Assembly: GCF_000010625.1 (NCBI RefSeq)
Contig: NC_010296.1
Coordinates: 3,930,001 to 3,962,000 of the forward strand
Source: Microcystis aeruginosa NIES-843
GTDB taxonomy: Bacteria > Cyanobacteriota > Cyanobacteriia > Cyanobacteriales > Microcystaceae
Reading direction: 5' to 3'
DNA length: 32,000 nt
The notes beneath the pieces were generated by a model that worked only from the letters and a program-made list of their open reading frames with translations, had not been told where the DNA came from and made no database searches. Both the position numbers and the translations under genes were made by a program. Positions 9,781 to 18,010 of the stretch are shown here, piece by piece; positions within the stretch are counted from its first letter, which is position 1; every line of letters begins with the position of its first letter.

Positions 9781-9819
9781 ATTTTTAACGCCTACCTACT
9801 TAATTCAGGAGTTATTATT

Positions 9820-11439
9820 ATGCTGGACCAAATGATGAAGATGTTGGAAGGGCAACAAATAGGGCCTTATCGTCTTAATAAGTTTCTCGGTGCGGGTGGT
9901 TTTGGGGGTGTATTTCATGCTAGTGAAATGGTCAGAAATACATCGGTTCAAGAAGTTGCTGTTAAAGTTATTCCCGAAAGTAGCGATGATAAATTAATTG
10001 AGTTACAAAATGCCAGAAAGTTAGAACATTCTAATTTAATTAAAGCTTATTCAGTGGGGGAATTTACTTTTCTCAATACGGAGATGCTTTATTTAGTGAT
10101 GGAATTGGCACAGGGTAGCCTAGAAAATCACATCGCCAAAGGCGGTTTATCATCGGATGAGATTAAAAATATTACTGCTCAAATCGCCCAGGGTTTAAAT
10201 TATCTTCATGGACAAAATAAAGTCCATCGAGATTTAAAACCGGGTAATATCCTCAAGGTTAATCAACAATACAAGTTAGCAGATTTTGGCTTAATTAGAA
10301 CTTTAAATAACAAAAGCCACACTCAAACCGTCCACAATAGCGGTACAATTATTTATATGCCTCCCGAAGCCTTTAGGGGGGATATTTCCTCAGCTTGGGA
10401 TCTGTGGTCATTAGGTATTATGTTAATCGAAATGACGACTAATCAACTTCCCTATAAGTTTAATAATGATATTAACCAGTTAATGGCGAAGGTGATGAAT
10501 TGTGAGCTACAAATCCCAAGTTTACCGAAAGAGTTTAAACAGATTATTGAAGGGTGTTTGCAAAAAGATAGAAAACAAAGATGGACAGCACAACAGGTTT
10601 TAAATGCCTTACAACCTGTGGGATGGACTTCTCCCCCGTCACCTCCACCAGCACCGGCAGCAGTCAAAAAGCCTGTTTCACCAATACCCCTAATTGCTTC
10701 ACCTACTCTATTTACCGAAAAACTACCCAATCGAGTCACACTGGAGATGGTGAGCTTACCAGCAGGTGAATTTATCATGGGATCTCCTGACAGTGATCCC
10801 GATGCTAGGGATTGGGAAAAGCCTCCACACCAAGTTAAAGTCAACAGTTTTGCGATTGGTAAATATCCTGTCACTCAGGCACAATATCAAGCAGTAATGG
10901 GAACCAATCCCTCTCACTTTAAAAACAATCCCCAAAATCCGGTAGAAAATGTTAGTTGGAACGATGCTCAAGCCTTTTGTCGGAAATTGAGTCAAATAAC
11001 CGGGAAAACCTATCGCCTACCGACGGAAGCGGAATGGGAATATGCTTGTCGTGCGGGGACTACTACTCGCTATTATTTCGGTGATGATGCTAATCAGCTA
11101 GGAGATTACGCTTGGTATAGCGCAAATTCTCAGAGTAAAACTCATCCTGTGGGACAGAAAAAACCCAATGCTTGGGGACTCTATGACATGATTGGCAATG
11201 TTTGGGAATGGTGCGAAGACGATTGGCACGATAACTATATCGGAGCGCCAAAGGATGGATCTGCGTGGCCTATCAATAATGATAATCGTTCTCATCTCAA
11301 GTGTCTGCGCGGCGGTTCTTGGAACAGCTACAAAGCACCTGATTACTGTCGTTCTGCCATCCGCAGCAGGAACCTCCCCTCCTACGACAACTACAGCCGC
11401 GGTTTTCGGGTTGCGTGCGGTGCTGGGAGGACTCTGTAA
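9820..11439 (+). CDS. Bifunctional Ser/Thr protein kinase / formylglycine-generating-enzyme (FGE-sulfatase, SUMF1-like) domain protein
   Basis: The kinase part has the glycine loop GAGGFGGVF, then VAVKV, HRDLKPGNIL, DFG and PPEAF. A Pro-rich linker (SPPSPPPAPAAV) follows. The FGE domain shows MVSLPAGEFIMGS, NVSWNDAQAFC, YRLPTEAEWEYACRAG, GNVWEWCED, RGGSW and GFRVA. Confidence 0.9.
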   Translation: MLDQMMKMLEGQQIGPYRLNKFLGAGGFGGVFHASEMVRNTSVQEVAVKVIPESSDDKLIELQNARKLEHSNLIKAYSVGEFTFLNTEMLYLVMELAQGSLENHIAKGGLSSDEIKNITAQIAQGLNYLHGQNKVHRDLKPGNILKVNQQYKLADFGLIRTLNNKSHTQTVHNSGTIIYMPPEAFRGDISSAWDLWSLGIMLIEMTTNQLPYKFNNDINQLMAKVMNCELQIPSLPKEFKQIIEGCLQKDRKQRWTAQQVLNALQPVGWTSPPSPPPAPAAVKKPVSPIPLIASPTLFTEKLPNRVTLEMVSLPAGEFIMGSPDSDPDARDWEKPPHQVKVNSFAIGKYPVTQAQYQAVMGTNPSHFKNNPQNPVENVSWNDAQAFCRKLSQITGKTYRLPTEAEWEYACRAGTTTRYYFGDDANQLGDYAWYSANSQSKTHPVGQKKPNAWGLYDMIGNVWEWCEDDWHDNYIGAPKDGSAWPINNDNRSHLKCLRGGSWNSYKAPDYCRSAIRSRNLPSYDNYSRGFRVACGAGRTL

Positions 11440-11499
11440 CCCTTTTTCCCTTTTTTCCCTTTTTTCCCTTTTTTCCCTTTTTTCCCTTTTTCTCTTTTT
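11440..11499. repeat. 9-bp tandem repeat CCCTTTTTT (~6.5 copies): a 60-nt all-pyrimidine tract on the plus strand
   Basis: Read directly, starting 1 nt after the kinase stop codon. It generates the spurious FSLFSLF and KGKKGKK ORFs in the track. Confidence 0.9.
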
Positions 11500-11529
11500 C
11501 CCGCCTAGCGGCGGGTCGATTTTTTTTTT
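11500..11529 (+). terminator. Rho-independent terminator of the kinase-FGE gene
   Basis: Stem CCCGCC / GGCGGG with a TAGC loop, followed by TCGA and a T10 run. Confidence 0.6.
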
Positions 11530-11665
11530 GAGATTTTCTAGGGTGCGTCCTGGGGAGCTTTTGCCTTTTTGGGAGCAGTCCTACAGGACGCGAGCCGATG
11601 AAGATGCAAGGTTGGGTTGACGACAATTAAATAGGGTATGATGGAGGTCGGATAGATTTTTTCTT

Positions 11666-11782
11666 ATGGCCGTGAGCGAAACCGTCTATATTGAAACCAG
11701 TATCTTAGGCTACCTAACTGCTCGACCCCGCAGAGATATTATTGTGGCGGCTAATATTGAGATAAGCTGTCCTTGTGTTTAA
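11666..11782 (+). pseudogene. Truncated PIN-domain (VapC-family) toxin gene remnant, 38 codons
   Basis: MAVSETVYIETSILGYLTARPRRDIIVAANIEISCPCV*. The N-terminus matches the conserved TVY(L/I)ETS(V/I)xSYLTARPSRD start of a cyanobacterial PIN-toxin family. That family normally runs to roughly 130-140 aa, so this copy is cut short. No cognate antitoxin ORF is seen upstream. Confidence 0.5.
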
Positions 11783-11932
11783 ACTGCTTGTTGAGATGAG
11801 ACAAGAGGCGATAGTAAAGGGATTGGGGGAGATTCAGCTAATCTAAGGATAGGCACTTAAAATGCGTCTTAGCCTATTATTTGTGTTAATCTCATCTTTA
11901 CAGATCAAAACCCCAAATCGTCTAAGGAGACA

Positions 11933-12856
11933 ATGGCCGCCAATTCTCGGAATAAATCGCCCGTTTTTCTCGGCTGTTCCGGCAGGATCGCTATTTTTTG
12001 CCTATTGATGTTACTATCGGCGGCAATAGGCTGGTTAATCGGTAAACAGTGGGTTAAACACAGCAATCAACCCGAAACCGTTAAACCCGTTTTTGCCACG
12101 GAGGAAAATAATTTTAATTCTGCCACAGATCCGGCATGGCAACGGAAAGCCGAGATGAGAAAGCGCCGTCTAGAGTTGGGAATTGATGGTCAGTTTTTTA
12201 AAAATCTCGTCAATGAATTGTTTAACCTCCGCTATGGGGATATCAAAGAGGAAAAACAGAAACAGGAACAAAGAGATATTTTAGCAGCAGAAATCCTCGA
12301 TCGCTTAGACCGTCTCGATTCTGGCACTAGAGAAGCATTAGGTAGCTACGACGAGCAACAGCGAGAAAAATGGCGAGAACAAGTGAATCAGTTACGTTTA
12401 AGCAGTATAGTCCTTAATTTACTCACTGATACTGCTTTTTTTCAGCTATTTCCCGAATTGACAGAAAGACCAAATTTTGATAGCGGCTTAGGTCAACTAT
12501 GGAGTGGTTTGGCCTGGAATCAGTTACAATCTTTACAGTCTGGCCTATCCTACCAAGCGATCGAAAGTTTAGACGCGGGGGGAGAGGAAGTGATCGAGGC
12601 AATTCTCAGCGAGGGACAAGGAAAAGCCTATGCAATAAAATTGCGTTCCAGTAATCGGTTAGACTTAAATTTAGAGACGGAAGGCGAAGTTTTACTATCT
12701 TTCTACTCTCCCACGGGTAATATTACCCTTTTAGACAAGTCTAGCGATCGGCAATGGTCTGGTCAATTACCCGAAGAGGGATTTTATGAATTAGTTATTC
12801 TCCCCCAATCTTCTACCCCCGTTCACTTTCGCTTGCAGTTAAAAGTAAGTCAATGA
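11933..12856 (+). CDS. Hypothetical protein, N-terminal single-pass membrane anchor, function unknown
   Basis: A 307-aa ORF with a hydrophobic segment (IAIFCLLMLLSAAIGWLIG). A charged coiled region and a beta-rich C-terminus follow. No catalytic motif recognised. Confidence 0.55.
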   Translation: MAANSRNKSPVFLGCSGRIAIFCLLMLLSAAIGWLIGKQWVKHSNQPETVKPVFATEENNFNSATDPAWQRKAEMRKRRLELGIDGQFFKNLVNELFNLRYGDIKEEKQKQEQRDILAAEILDRLDRLDSGTREALGSYDEQQREKWREQVNQLRLSSIVLNLLTDTAFFQLFPELTERPNFDSGLGQLWSGLAWNQLQSLQSGLSYQAIESLDAGGEEVIEAILSEGQGKAYAIKLRSSNRLDLNLETEGEVLLSFYSPTGNITLLDKSSDRQWSGQLPEEGFYELVILPQSSTPVHFRLQLKVSQ

Positions 12857-12866
12857 CTTTAACCGT

Positions 12867-12904
<38 letters not shown>

Positions 12905-12936
12905 TCGGCAGCTTTTTTCTCCCCAACCCCCCATCT

Positions 12937-12985
12937 CCCCACACCCCACACCCTACACCCTACACCCCACACCCTACACCCCACT
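12937..12985. repeat. Heptamer tandem array CCCCACA/CCCTACA x7 (G-rich on the minus strand)
   Basis: Read directly; ends 36 nt upstream of the glyQ ATG. It is the reverse complement of the array at 15898-15928. Confidence 0.9.
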
Positions 12986-13020
12986 TCCCCAACCCCTAAT
13001 CTGCTTTTTTACTTTTTCCC

Positions 13021-13896
13021 ATGTCTCTAACTTTCCAAGCTGTTATCGCTAAATTAAATGAATTTTGGGCTGATCGCGGTTGTTTAGTTGCTCAACCCTA
13101 TGATACCGAAAAAGGTGCGGGAACCATGAGTCCCCACACTTTTTTAAGGGCAATTGGTCCGGAACCTTGGGCCGTTGCCTATGTGGAACCCTGTCGTCGT
13201 CCAACGGATGGCCGTTATGGCGAAAATCCCAATCGTTTTCAGCATTACTATCAATATCAAGTCCTAATTAAACCCTCTCCTGATAATATTCAGGAAATCT
13301 ATTTAGACTCCCTGCGGGTGTTAGGAATTAACCCAGAAGATCACGATATTCGCTTCGTGGAAGATAACTGGGAATCTCCCACCCTCGGCGCTTGGGGTGT
13401 GGGTTGGGAAGTGTGGTTAGATGGTATGGAAATCACTCAGTTTACTTACTTTCAACAGTGTGGAGGTATCGATTGTCGTCCCGTGGCGATCGAAATTACC
13501 TACGGTTTAGAAAGATTAGCCATGTATCTGCAAGATGTAGAGGCAATTAATAAAATTCAATGGAATGAAAATATCCTCTACGGTGATATTTTTCTGCAAA
13601 ATGAAATCGAACAATGTACCTACAATTTTGAGGCTTCCAATCCTGAGTTATTATTTAGTTTATTCAGTTTATATGAACAGGAAGCTAAACAATTAATCGA
13701 TCGCTCTCTGGTGATTCCCAGTCTAGATTATGTTCTCAAATGTTCCCATACTTTTAATTTACTCGATGCTAGAGGTGTGATTGCTGTAGCTGAAAGAACC
13801 CGTTATATCGGCAGAATTCGCAATTTAGCTCGACAGGTTGCTCAATTGTATTTACAGCAACGGGAAGCTTTAGGTTTTCCCCTACAAACGGTTTAG
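13021..13896 (+). CDS. glyQ: Glycine--tRNA ligase alpha subunit
   Basis: [49 protein letters not shown] and [14 protein letters not shown] are highly conserved GlyQ blocks. 291 aa. Confidence 0.95.
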   Translation: MSLTFQAVIAKLNEFWADRGCLVAQPYDTEKGAGTMSPHTFLRAIGPEPWAVAYVEPCRRPTDGRYGENPNRFQHYYQYQVLIKPSPDNIQEIYLDSLRVLGINPEDHDIRFVEDNWESPTLGAWGVGWEVWLDGMEITQFTYFQQCGGIDCRPVAIEITYGLERLAMYLQDVEAINKIQWNENILYGDIFLQNEIEQCTYNFEASNPELLFSLFSLYEQEAKQLIDRSLVIPSLDYVLKCSHTFNLLDARGVIAVAERTRYIGRIRNLARQVAQLYLQQREALGFPLQTV

Positions 13897-13898
13897 CA

Positions 13899-13917
13899 AT
13901 CAGTTATCAGTTATCAG
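13899..13917. repeat. Heptamer tandem array ATCAGTT x2.7
   Basis: Read directly, starting 3 nt after the glyQ stop. Same heptamer family (TTATCAG/CTGATAA) as 24753-24778. Confidence 0.8.
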
Positions 13918-14211
13918 ATGGGAGTTTTCAGTTCACTGATTACTGTTTACTGATAAAATCTCCCCAACCTCAAACCAGCAACTTTGCACCTCATAGGTGC
14001 GAGAATTAATATATTAAGTTTTACAAACCGATGCAATATTTCGGGAATCTAACCCAGTTCTAGCTGTATATAATGGGTGACACTATATCTAGCCGGTAAT
14101 TTACCTCAAAAGACCCTTTTGTTGGAGGTAATTCTTTACTTTGACTAGCCTATTAGTGCCAGGAAAAAGACCACAATTTTTAAGTTCTAATTTTTTAGAC
14201 AAGGAGTTACT

Positions 14212-15867
14212 TTGCTGACACCATCGCTACCCAAAAATGATCCTGATCCAGTCAAAAGACAAGATCTATTAAGACGACAAAAACAAGTGTACATTTATGA
14301 TTCCGTTAATGGTATCACCCTCGTCAAAGATTTACCTACCCACGAAAACTTTTCTATTTCCTATCAAGTAATGCGGGGTAAAGGTTTCAGTGCTTTAATT
14401 GCCAATGGAGTCGCCACAAGGGTAGAAAATATCTTCGATCCCTTTGACAAATTAGAAGATTACGAAGAACTTTTTCCCATCCTTCCCCAACCCACAAGCA
14501 TTAAAACTTGGCAATCTAACACAAGTTTTGCCTACCAAAGATTAGCGGGAGCAAATCCCATGGTAATCCGCGGGATTAGCAGCTTACCAAATAATTTTCC
14601 CGTCAGCGATGCTATCTTCCAAAAAGCTATGGGACCCGATAAAACCATTGCCTCGGAAGCCGCTAAGGGTAACTTATTTCTAGCAGATTATGCCCCCCTA
14701 CACCACCTAACTTTAGGCAGTTATCAAAGGGGTATGAAAACTGTGACAGCACCTCTTGTCCTTTTCTGTTGGCGTGCTAGAGGTTTACGGGGTCAAGGGG
14801 GATTAGTACCAGTTGCCATTCAATTGTATCAGGATCCGACCCTACCTAATCAGCGCATCTATACCCCCGATGACGGACTTAATTGGTTAATGGCGAAAAT
14901 TTTCGTGCAAATTGCCGACGGAAATCACCATGAATTAGTTAGTCACCTCAGCCATACCCATTTAGTAGCGGAAGCTTTTGTTTTAGCCACAGCTACCGAG
15001 TTAGCACTTAATCATCCTCTGGCAATTCTATTAAGACCTCATTTTCAATTTACCCTCGCTATTAATAGTTTAGCCGAGAGCGAGTTAATTAACCCCGGCG
15101 GATTCGTTGATCGTCTATTAGCGGGGACCCTAGAAGCATCTATCGAGCTAATTAAGAGTTCCTATCGTCAAAGATTGGATAATTTCGCCGATTATGCCCT
15201 ACCAAAGCAATTAGAATTGCGCCAGGTCCAGGATACCTCCCTACTACCAGATTACCCCTACCGAGACGATGCTCTCTTACTTTGGCAAGCAACGGAAACC
15301 TACGTCAAAGATTACCTAAGTCTTTACTATACTTCCGACGCGGACGTAAACGAGGATACAGAATTACAAGCTTGGGCGCGAAAATTGATGTCATCTGAAG
15401 GTGGAGGCATCAAAAAATTAGTTTCTGACGGAGAATTAGACACTTTAGCCAAATTAGTCGAAGTTGTCACCCAGATAATTTTTGTGGCCGGACCACAACA
15501 CGCGGCGGTTAATTATCCTCAATACGATTATCTCGCCTTTAGCCCCAATATTCCCCTAGCGGGTTATCAATCCCCTCCCAAAGCAGCTGAGGAAGTGGAT
15601 ATAGATTATATTCTCCGTCTTTTGCCGCCCCAGGCCCAGGCCGCTTATCAATTGGAAATTATGCAGACTTTAACAGCTTTTCAATTTAACCGTTTTGGTT
15701 ATCCATCCCGAAGTGCTTTCCCAGATCAACGTGCTTACCCGATTTTGGCGGTTTTCCAAGCTAAATTAAAAGCGATCGAAAATGAGATCGATCGGCGCAA
15801 TTTAACCCGATTTACGCCTTATATTTTCCTGAAACCCTCTCGCATACCCAATAGTATCAATATTTAG
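14212..15867 (+). CDS. Lipoxygenase (bacterial mini-LOX, catalytic domain only, no PLAT domain)
   Basis: The first two iron ligands are the two His of HELVSH (H-x4-H) within HHELVSHLSHTH (~14926-14961). The next two are His and Asn in HAAVNYPQY (~15499-15513). The fifth is the C-terminal Ile carboxylate in IPNSINI*. The TTG start is supported by an AAGGAG Shine-Dalgarno at 14201-14206 with a 5-nt spacer. Confidence 0.9.
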   Translation: MLTPSLPKNDPDPVKRQDLLRRQKQVYIYDSVNGITLVKDLPTHENFSISYQVMRGKGFSALIANGVATRVENIFDPFDKLEDYEELFPILPQPTSIKTWQSNTSFAYQRLAGANPMVIRGISSLPNNFPVSDAIFQKAMGPDKTIASEAAKGNLFLADYAPLHHLTLGSYQRGMKTVTAPLVLFCWRARGLRGQGGLVPVAIQLYQDPTLPNQRIYTPDDGLNWLMAKIFVQIADGNHHELVSHLSHTHLVAEAFVLATATELALNHPLAILLRPHFQFTLAINSLAESELINPGGFVDRLLAGTLEASIELIKSSYRQRLDNFADYALPKQLELRQVQDTSLLPDYPYRDDALLLWQATETYVKDYLSLYYTSDADVNEDTELQAWARKLMSSEGGGIKKLVSDGELDTLAKLVEVVTQIIFVAGPQHAAVNYPQYDYLAFSPNIPLAGYQSPPKAAEEVDIDYILRLLPPQAQAAYQLEIMQTLTAFQFNRFGYPSRSAFPDQRAYPILAVFQAKLKAIENEIDRRNLTRFTPYIFLKPSRIPNSINI

Positions 15868-15890
15868 GGTCTGCTGAAAAAGTTTTTTGT

Positions 15891-15928
15891 GGGGGCAGGG
15901 TGTGGGGTGTGGGGTGTGGGGTGTAGGG
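15891..15928. repeat. Heptamer tandem array GGGTGTG x4.4, preceded by GGGGGCA; six G-tracts on the plus strand
   Basis: GGGGGCAGGGTGTGGGGTGTGGGGTGTGGGGTGTAGGG read directly. The G-rich run begins 24 nt after the lipoxygenase stop, and the heptamer array proper at 15898. Confidence 0.9.
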
Positions 15929-16181
15929 TTTTACCCATTTTCAGACGGTCAATTACCTAATTTTCAGGGAAAAAGTCCAGGAATTTTCGCCCCGATCCCT
16001 CCAATGGCTGGCACTTTTTGAGGTCAAAAAAGTCTAAAAGTCTTATCCAACAAGGTTTTTAGATTTATTCAGCCAACCCTATTTAAAGAGCAACCGCCAC
16101 CTTGATGGGCTGCTGGGGTATCTAATAGCGATTCTCACCCACGAAAACTAGACGAGAAGCACCATAACAAAGAGTCTCTAA

Positions 16182-16212
16182 GAAAAAAAGATGTTAGCGA
16201 TAACATCTTTTT
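16182..16212 (-). terminator. Rho-independent terminator at the end of the str operon (potentially bidirectional)
   Basis: Perfect 10-bp stem AAAGATGTTA / TAACATCTTT with a GCGA loop. On the minus strand it is followed by a T7 run. It lies about 10 nt downstream of the rpsJ stop. Confidence 0.65.
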
Positions 16213-16220
16213 GACATTTT

Positions 16221-16538
16221 TTACAATTTAACTTCAATATCAACCCCTGCGGGTAAATCTAATTTCATCAAAGCATCGATTGTCTTAGAAGAGGGTTGGT
16301 AAATATCAATAATGCGGCGATGGGTGCGGGTTTCAAAATGTTCACGGGAGTCCTTGTCAACGTGAGGGGAACGCAGGACACAATAAATCTTTCTTTTTGT
16401 CGGTAGGGGGATCGGTCCGATGGCCGTGGCGTTAGTTCTATTGGCAGTATCGACAATCTTCTCACAGGAAGTATCGAGTAAGCGCCGGTCAAAAGCTTTC
16501 AAACGAATGCGAATTTTCTGTTGTTGTAGCGTAGCCAT
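16221..16538 (-). CDS. rpsJ: 30S ribosomal protein S10
   Basis: [22 protein letters not shown]...[11 protein letters not shown] is canonical 105-aa S10. The 22-codon extension in the track ORF (to 16604) is rejected. Confidence 0.93.
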   Translation of the reverse strand: MATLQQQKIRIRLKAFDRRLLDTSCEKIVDTANRTNATAIGPIPLPTKRKIYCVLRSPHVDKDSREHFETRTHRRIIDIYQPSSKTIDALMKLDLPAGVDIEVKL

Positions 16539-16628
16539 AATTTCACCTATTGCAATTGTCAAGGTACAAAATAAAGACAGTAACGGAGCAGCTTTTAAAT
16601 TCACTGCCCCGTTAATTAGTAGATTAGC

Positions 16629-17858
16629 CTACTTGATAATTTTCGAGATAACGCCAGAACCGATGGTGCGACCACCTTCGCGAATAGCGAAGCGCATACC
16701 CTGTTCAATAGCGATCGGGTTGATCAGTTCCACGGTCATTTTGATCCGGTCTCCCGGCATGACCATTTCTACAGTGCTGCCATCATCGGCGGTGTAGTCT
16801 TGGATAGTGCCAGTTACGTCAGTTGTCCGTACATAGAACTGAGGACGATAGTTTTTAAAGAAAGGAGTGTGACGACCACCCTCTTCTTTACTTAACACAT
16901 ACACCTCACCTTCAAACTGGGTGTGGGGTTTGATTGTACCCGGTTTAGCGATCACCATGCCGCGCTCGATGTCGGTTTTTTGGATACCACGCAGGAGGAT
17001 ACCAGCGTTGTCACCGGCCATCCCTTGGTCAAGACTTTTCTTGAACATTTCAATCCCGGTGACGGTGGTGGGGCGAGTTTCTCTGATCCCGACCAATTCC
17101 ACGTTATCACCCACTTTCACAATACCGCGTTCGATCCGACCGGTAGCCACCGTCCCCCGACCAGTAATCGAGAATACGTCTTCTACCGCCATCAGGAAGG
17201 GTTTATCGATATCCCGTTCAGGGGTGGGGATATAGCTATCTACCGCTTCCATTAATTCATAAATTGCGTCCACCCACTCGTTATCGCCTTTTTGGGCCTT
17301 GGGGTTTTTGGTCATGTACTCGAGGGCTTCTTTCGCAGAACCGGCAATAATGGGGATATCGTCGCCAGCGAAGTCGTAATTGGTGAGAAGTTCGCGTACT
17401 TCCAGTTCTACGAGTTCCAGTAACTCCTCGTCGTCCACCATATCTTTTTTGTTGAGGAAGACCACGAGGTTAGGTACACCCACCTGACGAGCCAGCAGGA
17501 TATGTTCCCGGGTTTGGGGCATCGGGCCATCGGCGGCCGAGACCACGAGAATACCACCGTCCATCTGTGCCGCACCGGTGATCATGTTTTTTACATAGTC
17601 CGCGTGGCCGGGGCAGTCCACGTGTGCATAGTGGCGACTGGCGGTTTCGTACTCAACGTGAGCGGTGTTGATGGTGATCCCGCGGGCTTTTTCTTCGGGA
17701 GCGGCATCGATTTCATCGTATTTTTTAGCTTGGGCATTACCCAGAGCCGCTAGGGTCATAGTGATAGCGGCGGTGAGGGTAGTTTTGCCGTGGTCAACGT
17801 GACCGATCGTGCCGATGTTAACGTGGGGTTTCGTCCGTTCAAATTTAGCGCGTGCCAT
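16629..17858 (-). CDS. tuf: Elongation factor Tu
   Basis: [44 protein letters not shown] and SAK motifs. 409 aa. Confidence 0.98.
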   Translation of the reverse strand: MARAKFERTKPHVNIGTIGHVDHGKTTLTAAITMTLAALGNAQAKKYDEIDAAPEEKARGITINTAHVEYETASRHYAHVDCPGHADYVKNMITGAAQMDGGILVVSAADGPMPQTREHILLARQVGVPNLVVFLNKKDMVDDEELLELVELEVRELLTNYDFAGDDIPIIAGSAKEALEYMTKNPKAQKGDNEWVDAIYELMEAVDSYIPTPERDIDKPFLMAVEDVFSITGRGTVATGRIERGIVKVGDNVELVGIRETRPTTVTGIEMFKKSLDQGMAGDNAGILLRGIQKTDIERGMVIAKPGTIKPHTQFEGEVYVLSKEEGGRHTPFFKNYRPQFYVRTTDVTGTIQDYTADDGSTVEMVMPGDRIKMTVELINPIAIEQGMRFAIREGGRTIGSGVISKIIK

Positions 17859-17981
17859 TTACTTTCTGTTCCTTTGTTTTTTTTCTTCTTCAGGTGGGTG
17901 AACAGTAATCAGTCACCAGAGATCAGTTTTAAGTTAGCAGTTGTTAGGGTTGACCGCTCGAATTTAAATGATCGGTTTATT

Positions 17982-18009
17982 CTCACTGCTCACTGCTCAC
18001 TGCTCACTG
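17982..18009. repeat. Heptamer tandem array CTCACTG x4 in the fusA-tuf spacer
   Basis: Read directly; ends 1 nt from the fusA stop codon (18011-18013). Confidence 0.9.
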
Positions 18010-18010
18010 A

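Noticed and set aside
11192-11626. Plus-strand ORF (…FSLFSLFSLFSLF…) and minus-strand ORF (…KGKKGKKGKKGKKGK…) spanning the end of the kinase gene
   Set aside because: Both low-complexity peptides are just the 9-bp CCCTTTTTT tandem repeat translated. They also overlap the well-supported kinase-FGE CDS and its terminator.
16539-16604. 22-codon N-terminal extension of rpsJ ([22 protein letters not shown]) in the track ORF
   Set aside because: S10 is universally ~100-105 aa and begins at [13 protein letters not shown]. The extension is hydrophobic junk from the tuf-rpsJ spacer.
16420-16797. 125-aa plus-strand ORF bridging the rpsJ start and the tuf end
   Set aside because: It is antisense to two ribosomal/translation genes and their spacer, and has hydrophobic low-complexity composition. 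Shadow ORF.
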